The notes under the pieces: generated by a model
Told to the model about the DNA's origin: nothing
Database searches by the model: none
What the model saw: only the letters and a program-made list of their open reading frames with translations
In this document: positions 26,036 through 35,820 of the stretch, one piece after another
Layout of the letters: each line of letters opens with the position of its first letter
How positions within the stretch are numbered: the stretch's first letter is position 1
Translations under genes and position numbers: made by a program
Assembly (NCBI GenBank): GCA_017557285.1
Contig: JAFZAK010000133.1
Location: 1 to 59,662 of the forward strand
From: Muribaculaceae bacterium
GTDB lineage: Bacteria; Bacteroidota; Bacteroidia; Bacteroidales; Muribaculaceae
Direction of reading: 5' to 3'
Length of the DNA: 59,662 nucleotides

Positions 26036-27388
26036 TTAAATAAACGCTGCGGTGAGGGCGATGAGGGTAATGGCGGTAAGCCCCATGATGAGCGTCATCA
26101 GCGTCATGGTACGGTAGCCGTCGCGCGCGTTGATGCCACCAAAGCCCATCACGACCCAGAAGTAACTGTCGTTGGCGTGCGAGACGGTCATCGCCCCAGC
26201 ACCAATCGCCATCACCACCAACGCGGCCGACAGCGGCGTGGTAAAGCCTAATGCCGACATCATCGAACCTGCGTCGCTGAACATGCCCATGATGCTCGCC
26301 GTGGTGGTAATCGCCACCGTCGACGAGCCTTGCGCCGACTTGAGGATGGCAGCGACCAAGAAGGGGAATACAACTCCTAGCACCGACAACGACCCGCACA
26401 GTTCCTTGACCACATCGACAAAGCCGCTGGCGACAATCACGTTGCCCAGCACACTGCCCGCAGCGGTGATGAAGATGATGGGGCCGGCGGTCATCAATGA
26501 TGACTGGGTGATGTCGCTGAACTGCCGCATCACATGTCGCTTTACAAGCAGTGGAATACTGCAGAGTAATGCGATGATGAGTGCAATGGTGGGCTTGCCC
26601 AGGAAGGTGAGAAGTGCTGCCCAGCCGCCCTCAAGTTTGAGCAACGACACCACACTGCCCAGTGCCATGAGGACCACAGGTACCAAGATGGGAAGGAAGG
26701 CCCAAATGGCGCCGACGGTTACATCGTTTTGCTGAGCCTCATCCTGCGTCGTCTCGGCTTCGACGGGCTGCACTCGGCGGGCAATGCGACCTGCAAAGAA
26801 GTAAGCGGGCACCAGACACAACAGCGAGAACACCGCTCCCAGTGCGATGACCAGCAACAAGTCATTCTCCAGTCCCATGATGCCTGCCGCTGCCACCGGT
26901 CCAGGCGTGGGAGGGATAAAGACGTGTGAGGCGAATAGTCCTGCAGCCAACGCCAAGGCGAGTGCCACAGGCGAATGGCCTGTGCGCCGTGCCAAAGACC
27001 GAGTGATGGGACTCACCAACACAAAACCGCTGTCACAGAACACGGGTATCGACACAATCCACCCGATGAGCATCATCGCTAGGCGCGGATGACGCCGTCC
27101 CACCAATCGCTCAATGCCATGCGCCATGGCGACCGCCCCGCCCGTGCGTTCAAGTATGGTGCCGATGAGTGTGCCGAAGATGATGACCAGCCCGATGCCT
27201 CCGCACACACTGGCAAAGCCCTTGCTCAAGACATCGGGAATGTCGGCGAGTGGAACGCCCAATACAAGTGCAAGAAGCAACGACACGCCCAGGATGGCAA
27301 GGAACGGATGTACCTTCAGGCGTGCGATGGCAACGACCATCACGACAATGGCAACGGCAAAAATCAATAAGGTGAGAACGGCAGTCAT
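26036..27388 (-). CDS. GntP-family permease
   Basis: SIPVFCDSGF, PPTPGP, KSAQGSSTVA and SHANDSYFWV. Confidence 0.92.
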   Translation of the reverse strand: MTAVLTLLIFAVAIVVMVVAIARLKVHPFLAILGVSLLLALVLGVPLADIPDVLSKGFASVCGGIGLVIIFGTLIGTILERTGGAVAMAHGIERLVGRRHPRLAMMLIGWIVSIPVFCDSGFVLVSPITRSLARRTGHSPVALALALAAGLFASHVFIPPTPGPVAAAGIMGLENDLLLVIALGAVFSLLCLVPAYFFAGRIARRVQPVEAETTQDEAQQNDVTVGAIWAFLPILVPVVLMALGSVVSLLKLEGGWAALLTFLGKPTIALIIALLCSIPLLVKRHVMRQFSDITQSSLMTAGPIIFITAAGSVLGNVIVASGFVDVVKELCGSLSVLGVVFPFLVAAILKSAQGSSTVAITTTASIMGMFSDAGSMMSALGFTTPLSAALVVMAIGAGAMTVSHANDSYFWVVMGFGGINARDGYRTMTLMTLIMGLTAITLIALTAAFI

Positions 27389-27414
27389 AAAGTGGGAATT
27401 TAATTAAGTCCCCA

Positions 27415-27608
27415 CAAAGGTAGTGCAAATAATTGAGAATTGAGAACCTTCAGCTCGAAAAAGTTTGCGCTTGCGAGTCGGCGAAGCCGGTGCAAGCTAT
27501 CTAGCAAACCTTTTTCAATTGAGAATGGAGAATTTTATGTTCTTGTATTCTCATGTCTTAAAATTTCCGAGACGCCGCCTACCTTCGCCGCAGGCAACGG
27601 AGTGCAAA
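27415..27608 (-). repeat. Promoter-bearing dispersed element, copy 2, interrupted by other repeats
   Basis: Left end CAAAGGTAGTGCAAAT identical to 50205; 27567-27608 matches 50265-50306 at 40/42 nt. Confidence 0.75.
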
Positions 27609-27706
27609 AATAGCGAAGAAATGAAAAGTTATCAACTTTTATGGGTCGTACATCAAGAAAAAGTGTTACCTTTGCAAACTATTTGCTAATTAACCTTGAC
27701 AGAAAG

Positions 27707-28903
27707 ATGAACTACCCTATCTCTGACCGTATTCAGGCATTGGCTCCGAGTGCCACCCTGGCGATGTCGCAAAAAAGCGCCGAACTGAAGGCTGAAGGCG
27801 TCGACGTAATTAACCTATCGGTGGGCGAACCTGATTTCTTTACGCCCGACCACATCAAGCAGGCCGCCAAGCAGGCGGTGGATGATAACTTTTCATTCTA
27901 TTCACCCGTGCCAGGCTATCTGTCGTTGCGACAAGCCATCAGCGACAAACTCAAGAACGAGAACGGCTTGGACTATAGCCCCGACCAGATTGTCGTGGGC
28001 AATGGTGCTAAGCATTCGTTGTGCAACACCGTCATGGCGCTAGTCAATCCAGGCGATGAGGTGATTATCCCCACACCAGCATGGGTGAGTTATGTGCAGA
28101 TGGTCAACCTGGCTGGCGGAAAAAGCGTGCTTGTGCCCGCTACGCTTGAACAGAACTTCAAGATCACACCTGCCCAACTCGAGGCCGCCATAACCGACAA
28201 GACCCGCCTGATCATCCTGTGTTCGCCCAGTAACCCCACTGGTAGCATCTACAGCCGCGACGAGTTGCGTGCGCTGGCCGACGTGCTGGCCCGCCATGAG
28301 CGGGTAATGATTGTTGCCGACGAGATTTATGAGCATATCAACTACGTGGGCGGTCATGAGTCGTTTGCCCAGTTCGACAACATCCGCGACCGCGTAGCCA
28401 TCATCAACGGCGTGAGCAAGGCATATGCAATGACGGGTTACCGCATTGGCTATGTCGCCGCCCCGCTGTGGCTTGCCAAGGCGGTCAACAAGTTGCAGGG
28501 ACAGTACACCAGTGGCGCGTCGAGCATTGCCCAAAAGGCTGCCGAGGTCGCCTATACCGGATCGCAACAGTGCGTCGAGGACATGCGAGTGGCATTTGAG
28601 CGTCGTCGCAACCTCATCGTGAGCCTGTTCAAGGACATTCCTGGGGTGAACATCAATGTGCCCGACGGTGCGTTCTACCTCTTCCCCGAGGTCAGCAGCT
28701 TCTTCGGCAAGAAGGCTGGCGATACCGTCATCAACGATGCCAACGACCTAGCGATGTATCTTCTCAACGAGGCACATGTCGCCACCGTTGCCGGTGACGC
28801 CTTCTGCTCTCCGGGCTACATCCGCCTGAGCTACGCCACCAGCGACGAGAACATCATCGAGGCTGCCGCCCGCATCAAGGCCGCCCTCGCCCGCCTCGCC
28901 TGA
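27707..28903 (+). CDS. Class I/II PLP aminotransferase (aspartate aminotransferase-like)
   Basis: Start MNYPISD; VGEPDF, SPSNPTG, DEIYE and GVSKAYAMTGYRIGY. Confidence 0.93.
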   Translation: MNYPISDRIQALAPSATLAMSQKSAELKAEGVDVINLSVGEPDFFTPDHIKQAAKQAVDDNFSFYSPVPGYLSLRQAISDKLKNENGLDYSPDQIVVGNGAKHSLCNTVMALVNPGDEVIIPTPAWVSYVQMVNLAGGKSVLVPATLEQNFKITPAQLEAAITDKTRLIILCSPSNPTGSIYSRDELRALADVLARHERVMIVADEIYEHINYVGGHESFAQFDNIRDRVAIINGVSKAYAMTGYRIGYVAAPLWLAKAVNKLQGQYTSGASSIAQKAAEVAYTGSQQCVEDMRVAFERRRNLIVSLFKDIPGVNINVPDGAFYLFPEVSSFFGKKAGDTVINDANDLAMYLLNEAHVATVAGDAFCSPGYIRLSYATSDENIIEAAARIKAALARLA

Positions 28904-28926
28904 TCAAAGCCCCCCTCAGTCCCCTT

Positions 28927-28988
28927 GTCCCCCTGACCCCCTAAAGGGGGAATGTTTGTTAGCTCCCCCTTCAGGGGGCTGGGGGGAC
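28927..28988. repeat. Inverted pair of C/G-rich palindromes
   Basis: GTCCCCCTGACCCCCTAAAGGGGGA ... TCCCCCTTCAGGGGGCTGGGGGGAC between convergent genes. Confidence 0.85.
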
Positions 28989-29018
28989 TAGGATTTAGGG
29001 ATTTCCCAGACTGCCTTT

Positions 29019-30617
29019 TTATTGCTGAGGGGCGGGTGAGCGTTTCTGGCGCAAGCGGGAGCGGGTGGTACGCAGGGCGCCGTCGCTAACACCCAGGATG
29101 TGAGTCATCTGCTCGTCGCTCATGCCCATGTCCTGCAAGATGAGGAAGAAACGGTTGCCGGGCGACAGACGCATGTAGTCTTGCTCCATCTGCAACATGA
29201 AGGGCAGGTTGACCACTTTATAAAATTCGGTGAACTTCTGCAACTGTTCTTTGCTCCACACCACTGCCGACTCACCAGCCACGATGCGTTGGTACAACTC
29301 GCGACCTTCTGATAGTTTCTCGGTCTGTTGCGCCTGCAGGGCATCCATCTTCTTGCGTAAGGCTTGTATGTCTTTGCTGGTATCCTCGCCAGATCTCTCA
29401 AGTTCCTCAATTTGTCTCTGGTAGTCGTTAATGAGAACCTGGTCGCGCATCATTTTCTCCTTGGCGCGGTTGGCCTTGCGGATGTGATAGATGACACCGG
29501 CAGCAATGAGCGCAAGCAGAACCAACGCGCCTACCAGCGCCCACATCATGAAGCGGTCCAACTTGCGCCGCTCCACTTCCTTGTCATACTTCAGTTGAAT
29601 CTCTTGCACCTCGGCTGTCTGCATCTGCTGCACCAGACTGTCCTTCAGCGGCAATAGCTGTTTAGCGGCATCAGCAGCACCTTGATAGTCGTTATTGGCA
29701 TATTTTTCGTTAAGCATATAGAAATAAGTCTCCGCTCGATCTTGCAACTTAGGCGATTGAAGCGCTAAGTCCCAAAGCGAATCGGCCTTTTGAGGCTCAC
29801 CTTGTCTAGAATAAACGACAGCTCGCACCTCATTGATATAATCGAGTGGGTACTCATCGTAGGCTCGCTGGTAATAGTTCTCTGCGCTATCTAACTGTTG
29901 ATTATTCAAGAATACGGAACCGATGTTACCCAATGCGATGGAACGGTTTTTGGGAGTCATTCTGTCAAGGATAGAAATGACTCGATTGCAGTATTTGCTT
30001 ACACTGTCGGGTTCTTTTCGGGCCATATATAAAACGACTAGATGGTTGTAGGCATGGGATTGCTCCAATACATCGCCTCGTTTAGCACATGTCAACGTTT
30101 TGTAGGAGTAATCTAGTGCGAGTTCCTCATTGCCAGAATAGTAATTAAGTGTGGCTAGGGCTTCGTTGGTGAGGTAATCTATGCGAATGTCGTTGACCTG
30201 CGGGAGCAGTTCTTCTGCTTTCTTTAGGTAGACCGAGGCGCCATTATAATTGTGCTGGTCAAGAAGTAGAATCTTACCGAAGTAAAGATGGCACAAAAGC
30301 AGGTCTCGCTTGTTTCCTGTTCGTCGGTAATAATCAATGAGTCGTTGCGCCACTATATCGCGTGAAGTGTCAAAATCGTACGTATCGGGCGACATACCTT
30401 GAGAGAGCATCAACTGAAGCAAGTCGTAGTGCATGCGGTCATGCTCACTGCCCAACCCATCGCGGTCAATCTGTTTGAATATATGATAGGCCGAGTCAGT
30501 GAGCGAATGGCTAATCAGCGAGTCAACCAGTACCAGTTGCCGCTGGTGCGTCCCGTGCGAGCATGCCACTACTATGGCAATGACCGAAAGCAGTATAATG
30601 GGTATCAGTTTCTTCAT
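29019..30617 (-). CDS. Membrane-anchored TPR sensor with C-terminal HTH (Bacteroidetes one-component regulator type)
   Basis: Start MKKLIPII..VACS; TPR repeats; TM segment WALVGALVLLALIAAGVIY; coiled coil; ILGVSDGALRTTRSRLR. Confidence 0.75.
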   Translation of the reverse strand: MKKLIPIILLSVIAIVVACSHGTHQRQLVLVDSLISHSLTDSAYHIFKQIDRDGLGSEHDRMHYDLLQLMLSQGMSPDTYDFDTSRDIVAQRLIDYYRRTGNKRDLLLCHLYFGKILLLDQHNYNGASVYLKKAEELLPQVNDIRIDYLTNEALATLNYYSGNEELALDYSYKTLTCAKRGDVLEQSHAYNHLVVLYMARKEPDSVSKYCNRVISILDRMTPKNRSIALGNIGSVFLNNQQLDSAENYYQRAYDEYPLDYINEVRAVVYSRQGEPQKADSLWDLALQSPKLQDRAETYFYMLNEKYANNDYQGAADAAKQLLPLKDSLVQQMQTAEVQEIQLKYDKEVERRKLDRFMMWALVGALVLLALIAAGVIYHIRKANRAKEKMMRDQVLINDYQRQIEELERSGEDTSKDIQALRKKMDALQAQQTEKLSEGRELYQRIVAGESAVVWSKEQLQKFTEFYKVVNLPFMLQMEQDYMRLSPGNRFFLILQDMGMSDEQMTHILGVSDGALRTTRSRLRQKRSPAPQQ

Positions 30618-30689
30618 GGGGACAAAATTATAAAGAATCATATTTGACACAGATGATGCAGAAAGGACTTAAATGAGGCTACTTCACGT

Positions 30690-32111
30690 TTAGTTGAACA
30701 GGTCATCTATAGTTATCTCTTTCTGTATCATGTTGTAGTAGCTGTTGTGCATGACACCATCGGTGGTTACCATGACAAGATGAGTAGTGCGGTTGTCCTT
30801 TGACAATTCTTGATATGCATCAAGTTTTCTTTGCAGGCTTTCGGCGTAATCCTTGTCGATAGTGAAAGGTTTTACAGAATGCTTCATCTCACAGATGTCT
30901 GTAAAGTTGTCGGCACGTTGTATCACTAGGTCAATCTGCACACCACGCCGTTTGTCTGTTCCACGCACGAACCATGAGCACACGTTTGTTTGTACACCTG
31001 TAATACCAAGGGCGGCTTTTATCTGAGGAATATGCTGAAGGCACACTCGCTCGAAGGCGAGACCCTTCCACACGTTATGGAATGTGGACGAAAAAGTGTT
31101 TGACCAATAATGCTCGTCACTGAAGGCATTCTTCTTAATGCAGAGGTAATAGAAAAGTGTATAATTGTCTATCAATTGATATAATGCGTTTATTTGTGCG
31201 GTATCGGCCGAAGCAAAGCGTCGGATGAAGCCGCACTCTTCCAAGTCTTCCATTATGTTGGAGAATGTGCCCCCATCCGAGAGCTTGCTTGCGTTCATGA
31301 TTTCATCCCTTGACATGCCTGATTTCTTTCCGTCGCTCAGGCATTCAATAACCTTGATATAATTCATGGGACGCTTAAATAGGATGGAATATAGTGCATC
31401 GAACTCATCACGCAATTGTGACGTCTCAGAAAAGAACAATTGGTCAACATTTTGTGCGACACTCAACCCTTTTTTCAGAAAACTCCAGTAGTAAGGTATG
31501 CCACCAAGAATCATATAGAGTTCCAGCACATCCTTCCTGCCCATAGCAAGATTTGAAGCTTGGGCAAACAGTTCGCACTCACGCAGTGTGAAAGGGACCA
31601 GTTTTATACGACTTGTCAGTCGTCCGCGTAGACCGCCCTTATCCTTCAGGAGTTTCTTGCTAATCCATGATGTTGCGCTACCACACACGATAAGTACGAT
31701 GTCCTTCTCTCTGCGTGCCGTAGCCCATCCGTTCCAGAAGTTTTCTAGTGCACCGATAAGATTCCCCTTGGGCGTATCCATCCATGGCAGTTCATCGATA
31801 AAAATCACTTTTTTGCCTATAGGAGCATTACTGATGAGCCGTTTCAACTGTTCAAATGCTTCAATCCAGGTCTTTGGTATGGCGCACTTCATGCCTGCAT
31901 CAACAAGTGAGTTGCGGAATGCCGTCAATTGATGGCGCAGCGTCCCTTTGGCCACGCCAGTGTGCTGGAAACAGAACTGGTAATTGAATGTCTCGCGAAT
32001 GAGATATGTCTTACCCACACGTCGTCTGCCATAAACAGCACAAAACTGCGACTCTTCTTTTTCGAGGAGGCTCAACAGTTCACTTTGTTCCTTTTCACGT
32101 CCTACAATCAT
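30690..32111 (-). CDS. AAA+ ATP-binding protein with C-terminal PD-(D/E)XK-like domain
   Basis: VGREKE, YGRRRVGKT, IFIDELPW, VCGSATSW and QIDLVI...ICEMK. Confidence 0.88.
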   Translation of the reverse strand: MIVGREKEQSELLSLLEKEESQFCAVYGRRRVGKTYLIRETFNYQFCFQHTGVAKGTLRHQLTAFRNSLVDAGMKCAIPKTWIEAFEQLKRLISNAPIGKKVIFIDELPWMDTPKGNLIGALENFWNGWATARREKDIVLIVCGSATSWISKKLLKDKGGLRGRLTSRIKLVPFTLRECELFAQASNLAMGRKDVLELYMILGGIPYYWSFLKKGLSVAQNVDQLFFSETSQLRDEFDALYSILFKRPMNYIKVIECLSDGKKSGMSRDEIMNASKLSDGGTFSNIMEDLEECGFIRRFASADTAQINALYQLIDNYTLFYYLCIKKNAFSDEHYWSNTFSSTFHNVWKGLAFERVCLQHIPQIKAALGITGVQTNVCSWFVRGTDKRRGVQIDLVIQRADNFTDICEMKHSVKPFTIDKDYAESLQRKLDAYQELSKDNRTTHLVMVTTDGVMHNSYYNMIQKEITIDDLFN

Positions 32112-32263
32112 AATTTATCCTTATAGATTAATTCCGCTGCAAATATAGTAAAAAAGTTTCTATTACCAGCGGAAAATGATATTTTTTTAATGTTTCCGCT
32201 AAAAATAGCACAATAACTGTGCAATTTGAACTCTACGACAACAATTTTGCGGTTAAATGAAGT

Positions 32264-32599
32264 CAAGTGTACATGAGAACAAAATGCATCACATGTACAC
32301 ATGTCTAAAAAAATTTCGCATGATTGCTAAAGGTTCGCGGTTGTCATGATTTTATCAGGAATTAAAGAATTAAAGATTTTTTCGCCTGTTTCGCGGTTTA
32401 GAAACTAAATAGTTCCCGAAAAAACCGAAAAAGACAAAAAACACAAAAAATATTTTCGGGTAGTTTCGTGGTTTTTGCAGTTTTCGGGATCAAGACATAA
32501 GAAAACAAGGACAAAAGACAAGTGTACATGAGAACAAAAAAAGCATCACATGTTCACATGTCGAAATAAATTTCGCGTTGTCTCGCGTGATTCGCGGTT
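32264..32599. repeat. Repeat-dense spacer with an imperfect direct repeat
   Basis: CAAGTGTACATGAGAACAAAA..GCATCACATGT.CACATGTC at 32264-32305 and 32519-32562, each followed by TTCGCGGTT-type units. Confidence 0.75.
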
Positions 32600-32824
32600 A
32601 GATTGATGTTACAAAACAGCCTATTTTAGATGATACCTTCGCTTTGTAATTCGCTAGCATACAACATTGTACACCCATTGAAACTTGTAACAGCCCTCAA
32701 AAAATTCCTTGCGAAAAATTTGGCGGGCTGATTTTTTGTGTTCAACTTTGCACTGCCCGAAGGTCATTCGCGCGGCGACTCCGAAGGCACACATTTGTCT
32801 AACACTTAAAAACAAACTCGAACA

Positions 32825-35056
32825 ATGAAACGTAAACTTTACCTACTAACCGTTATGATTTGTCTGATGATGGCGATAGGCATTAGCGTGCAAGCGCAGA
32901 CGAGACAGCATAGAGCGTGCAACGTATTAAAAGATGGCCAACAGCTCCAAATTAACCAGCAAGCCATTACTTCTCAAAAATCAATGATGGGATATTTCGA
33001 AAACAAAGGATATCGCCATGGTAAATTTCAGCAGAATAATCCTAAGCACACAAATGAGATTACGCCAACAGACTCTGCCACAGTAACACTGTTGTATGAC
33101 CTTGATGGAGAAGATTATACTAAGGTAATGGTCCCAACAATCATGATTTTTAATTTAGAACAAGAATATCAATGGCATCCTTACATAATTACACCAAGTG
33201 GAATGAGTGTCAGAATTCCTACTGGAATCTATGACCTCTTCGCAAAAACTACATATATTGCTGGTGGCCCATCATATGGCAACAATTATATGCATATTGA
33301 TGAGCAAGTACAAATAGATAAAGACACCACAATTTATCTTAACTTACTAGATTGCGAGAATCTAATAAGTTGGGACATTAGCAACGAGAAAGGAGAACTG
33401 ATGGATGATTCTGAGATGCTGATGACATTGAACACGCTATACATATTTTTAGAGGGTTATGGCTATTTAAGTCAAGTTAATTTATATCATTCATATAATA
33501 CATATATCAACAATCTTACTAATCGTTATACTATCTCAATGGCTTCGGGTATGGTTGATGATTGTAAACAATTTTATTTTAATCGATTAACTCCTACCTG
33601 TGTCGATTCAGAAGTGTTCCCCTTGAGGAACGATGCTTCTGACTATGTAGAATATGAGGAACAGTTTCAACGTACACCAAAAGGGATTGAGACATTTCAG
33701 AATCCAAATACAGGAGTTGCAAGGTTATATATAGGGAATTACATTGAAAACGAGCATTTTAATGCGTTAACCATGCAGGTCGGTTTATACAATTATAAAC
33801 CTAATCAAAAGGTAAGTGTCATGTACAATGCTCCAAAAAATGGCAGCAACAGTAACCTGCTAGGTATCAATCATACAGCAGCATTATCAATTGAGGACGG
33901 AGAAGAAGTTTATTTACAAACAGTCAATCATTATGATGAGTTTGACAATCTTATTGAAACAACAGTAGATACCGTTATTGCAAAATATTTAACCACTGGA
34001 CCTCAGATGATGGTAAGACAAGACAAAACCATGGAGTATCTTATCAATGGAGCCGCAGTTGCAACCTCTGAAGCAGGTGTGTGGCAAGAGGATTACCCTG
34101 GCCACCCCAAATTCAGTTACATGGCAGAACAGAAGCAAGGCATTTTGGGCAACAGTTGCCCGTTGAATGTTGTTCAGTTGAGAAACTTGGATCAGGAGGG
34201 AGTGGTAATGATTAATTCATCAAATCAGCATTGGGGACGATACGGCGAGATAATTGGATGTGGCGATATCTATTCGACTCTGACAGCAAAATATAATAGC
34301 GAGGAAGTTTATCATGGCAATATGAGTACTTTGACCACTTGGGCGCTCGATAGCTTGTTTGAAGCATGGACACAACAGCCAAGGGGTGAATATGAGTTGA
34401 CCTTCACTAATGACAATGTCTTGGTCGATGACATTGAGGGCAAAAATGTGACTACAATTTGTTTCGACCAAACACGTGAGGACATGAATATGCCAAGGCT
34501 GAAGATGCTACAGTTCCGTGACGCTGAGGACAATGTGACCGACCGCTTTAGTACACCAGACCAAGGCAACATCCTGTTCGCTGGCGGCGACTTTGAGATG
34601 AGGACATTGTATTATACGACTGATGATGGGTATCAAAAGCAATGGAGTTACAACGACTGCCAACCGATGAACGTCGAGGTGTCATATGCCCCATATGGCA
34701 CTGACGAGTGGCAACCGCTGGAGAGCATCGAACATCAGTCAGAATTTGATGACCCGTATTTGTTTGGCTCATTCTACTCTGGTTCGCTGACCTCAGTCAA
34801 CACTCCGAGTGAGAACGGGTGGTTTGACCTGAAGTTCCGCTTGGTGGACGAGTCCGGCAACTGGCAAGAGCAGACGCTGAGCCCCGCCTTCCGCATCGAT
34901 GCCTTACTGCAGAGCGCCGTCACCGAGGTGCGTGACAACGATGCCCACGAGGTGGCACGCTACAGCATCGACGGCAAGCGTGTTGACACTAGCCACCGCG
35001 GTGTGACCATTATCCGCATGAACGACGGCACCGCCCGCAAGGTCCTTGTCCCATAA
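32825..35056 (+). CDS. Large secreted hypothetical protein with T9SS-like C-terminal sorting domain
   Basis: Signal peptide; C-terminus EVARYSIDGKRV....RGVTIIRMNDGTARKVLV. Confidence 0.7.
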   Translation: MKRKLYLLTVMICLMMAIGISVQAQTRQHRACNVLKDGQQLQINQQAITSQKSMMGYFENKGYRHGKFQQNNPKHTNEITPTDSATVTLLYDLDGEDYTKVMVPTIMIFNLEQEYQWHPYIITPSGMSVRIPTGIYDLFAKTTYIAGGPSYGNNYMHIDEQVQIDKDTTIYLNLLDCENLISWDISNEKGELMDDSEMLMTLNTLYIFLEGYGYLSQVNLYHSYNTYINNLTNRYTISMASGMVDDCKQFYFNRLTPTCVDSEVFPLRNDASDYVEYEEQFQRTPKGIETFQNPNTGVARLYIGNYIENEHFNALTMQVGLYNYKPNQKVSVMYNAPKNGSNSNLLGINHTAALSIEDGEEVYLQTVNHYDEFDNLIETTVDTVIAKYLTTGPQMMVRQDKTMEYLINGAAVATSEAGVWQEDYPGHPKFSYMAEQKQGILGNSCPLNVVQLRNLDQEGVVMINSSNQHWGRYGEIIGCGDIYSTLTAKYNSEEVYHGNMSTLTTWALDSLFEAWTQQPRGEYELTFTNDNVLVDDIEGKNVTTICFDQTREDMNMPRLKMLQFRDAEDNVTDRFSTPDQGNILFAGGDFEMRTLYYTTDDGYQKQWSYNDCQPMNVEVSYAPYGTDEWQPLESIEHQSEFDDPYLFGSFYSGSLTSVNTPSENGWFDLKFRLVDESGNWQEQTLSPAFRIDALLQSAVTEVRDNDAHEVARYSIDGKRVDTSHRGVTIIRMNDGTARKVLVP

Positions 35057-35099
35057 ATAGACGCAAGAACACAGGCTTAAGACAGAAGTTTTAAAATTC

Positions 35100-35132
35100 A
35101 AGGGCACAAGTTCTAGTTGACTTGTGCCCTTG
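35100..35132. terminator. Hairpin between convergent genes
   Basis: AAGGGCACAAGT...ACTTGTGCCCTT. Confidence 0.75.
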
Positions 35133-35164
35133 TGGTTGTGTTGTTCTTATCCTTTCGGGATGTC

Positions 35165-35743
35165 CTATTTTACGGAATCGATGGCAGACTTGATGTCGGC
35201 GAAGATGTCTTCGATCTTACCGGTGCCATGGATAGCGTGGTAGAGGCCTTTTTCTTGATAGAAAGCCTGCAGTGGGGAGGTCTGGTTGTGATAGACTGCA
35301 AGGCGGTTTTTCACTGTCTCGGGGTTGTCATCGCTGCGACCTGTCAGTTTGCCGCGCAGCAAGATGCGTTCGATCAGTTCGTCTTCAGGGACCTCAAGTC
35401 CAACAACGGCGCTGATGCAAGTGCCGCGTTCCTGCAGCATGGCCTCAAGTGCTTCGGCCTGCGGGATGGTACGGGGAAATCCGTCGAAGATAACGCCCTC
35501 GCTGGCAGCCTCACGGTTAGCGTCGAGCACGTCCGCAAGGATGCTGATCATCAACTCGTCGGGAATGAGTTGGCCTTTGTCCATATAGGCTTTGGCAGTT
35601 TCTCCCAGCTCTGTGCCGCGGCGGATGTTGTCGCGCAGCACGTCACCCGTACTGATGTGGAACAGGTTATACTCCTTGATGATGTTGTCACTCTGTGTGC
35701 CCTTGCCTGAGCCCGGGGCACCGAAAATTACGATGTTTAGCAT
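35165..35743 (-). CDS. adk: Adenylate kinase (short type)
   Basis: GAPGSGKGTQ, HISTGDVLR, FDGFPRT and GRSDDN. Confidence 0.96.
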   Translation of the reverse strand: MLNIVIFGAPGSGKGTQSDNIIKEYNLFHISTGDVLRDNIRRGTELGETAKAYMDKGQLIPDELMISILADVLDANREAASEGVIFDGFPRTIPQAEALEAMLQERGTCISAVVGLEVPEDELIERILLRGKLTGRSDDNPETVKNRLAVYHNQTSPLQAFYQEKGLYHAIHGTGKIEDIFADIKSAIDSVK

Positions 35744-35752
35744 TTTATTCTG

Positions 35753-35780
35753 ATTAAGAATTAAGAATTAAGAATTAAGA
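35753..35780. repeat. Perfect 7-bp tandem repeat (ATTAAGA)x4
   Basis: attaaga attaaga attaaga attaaga between hpt and adk. Confidence 0.85.
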
Positions 35781-35820
35781 CTGCGCTGGTAGGCTTTATC
35801 TCTGACGTCGCGTCGCGTCC

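Noticed and set aside
32264-32599. Possible degenerate CRISPR array or replication-origin iterons
   Set aside because: No regular repeat-spacer period, only two long units, no cas or rep gene
32754-32789. Possible riboswitch in the leader of the secreted protein gene
   Set aside because: Only short stems (TGCC/GGCA, GTC/GAC) and no recognisable aptamer; an Rfam search would be needed
35117-35710. 197-aa plus-strand ORF
   Set aside because: Antisense shadow of adk; no motifs
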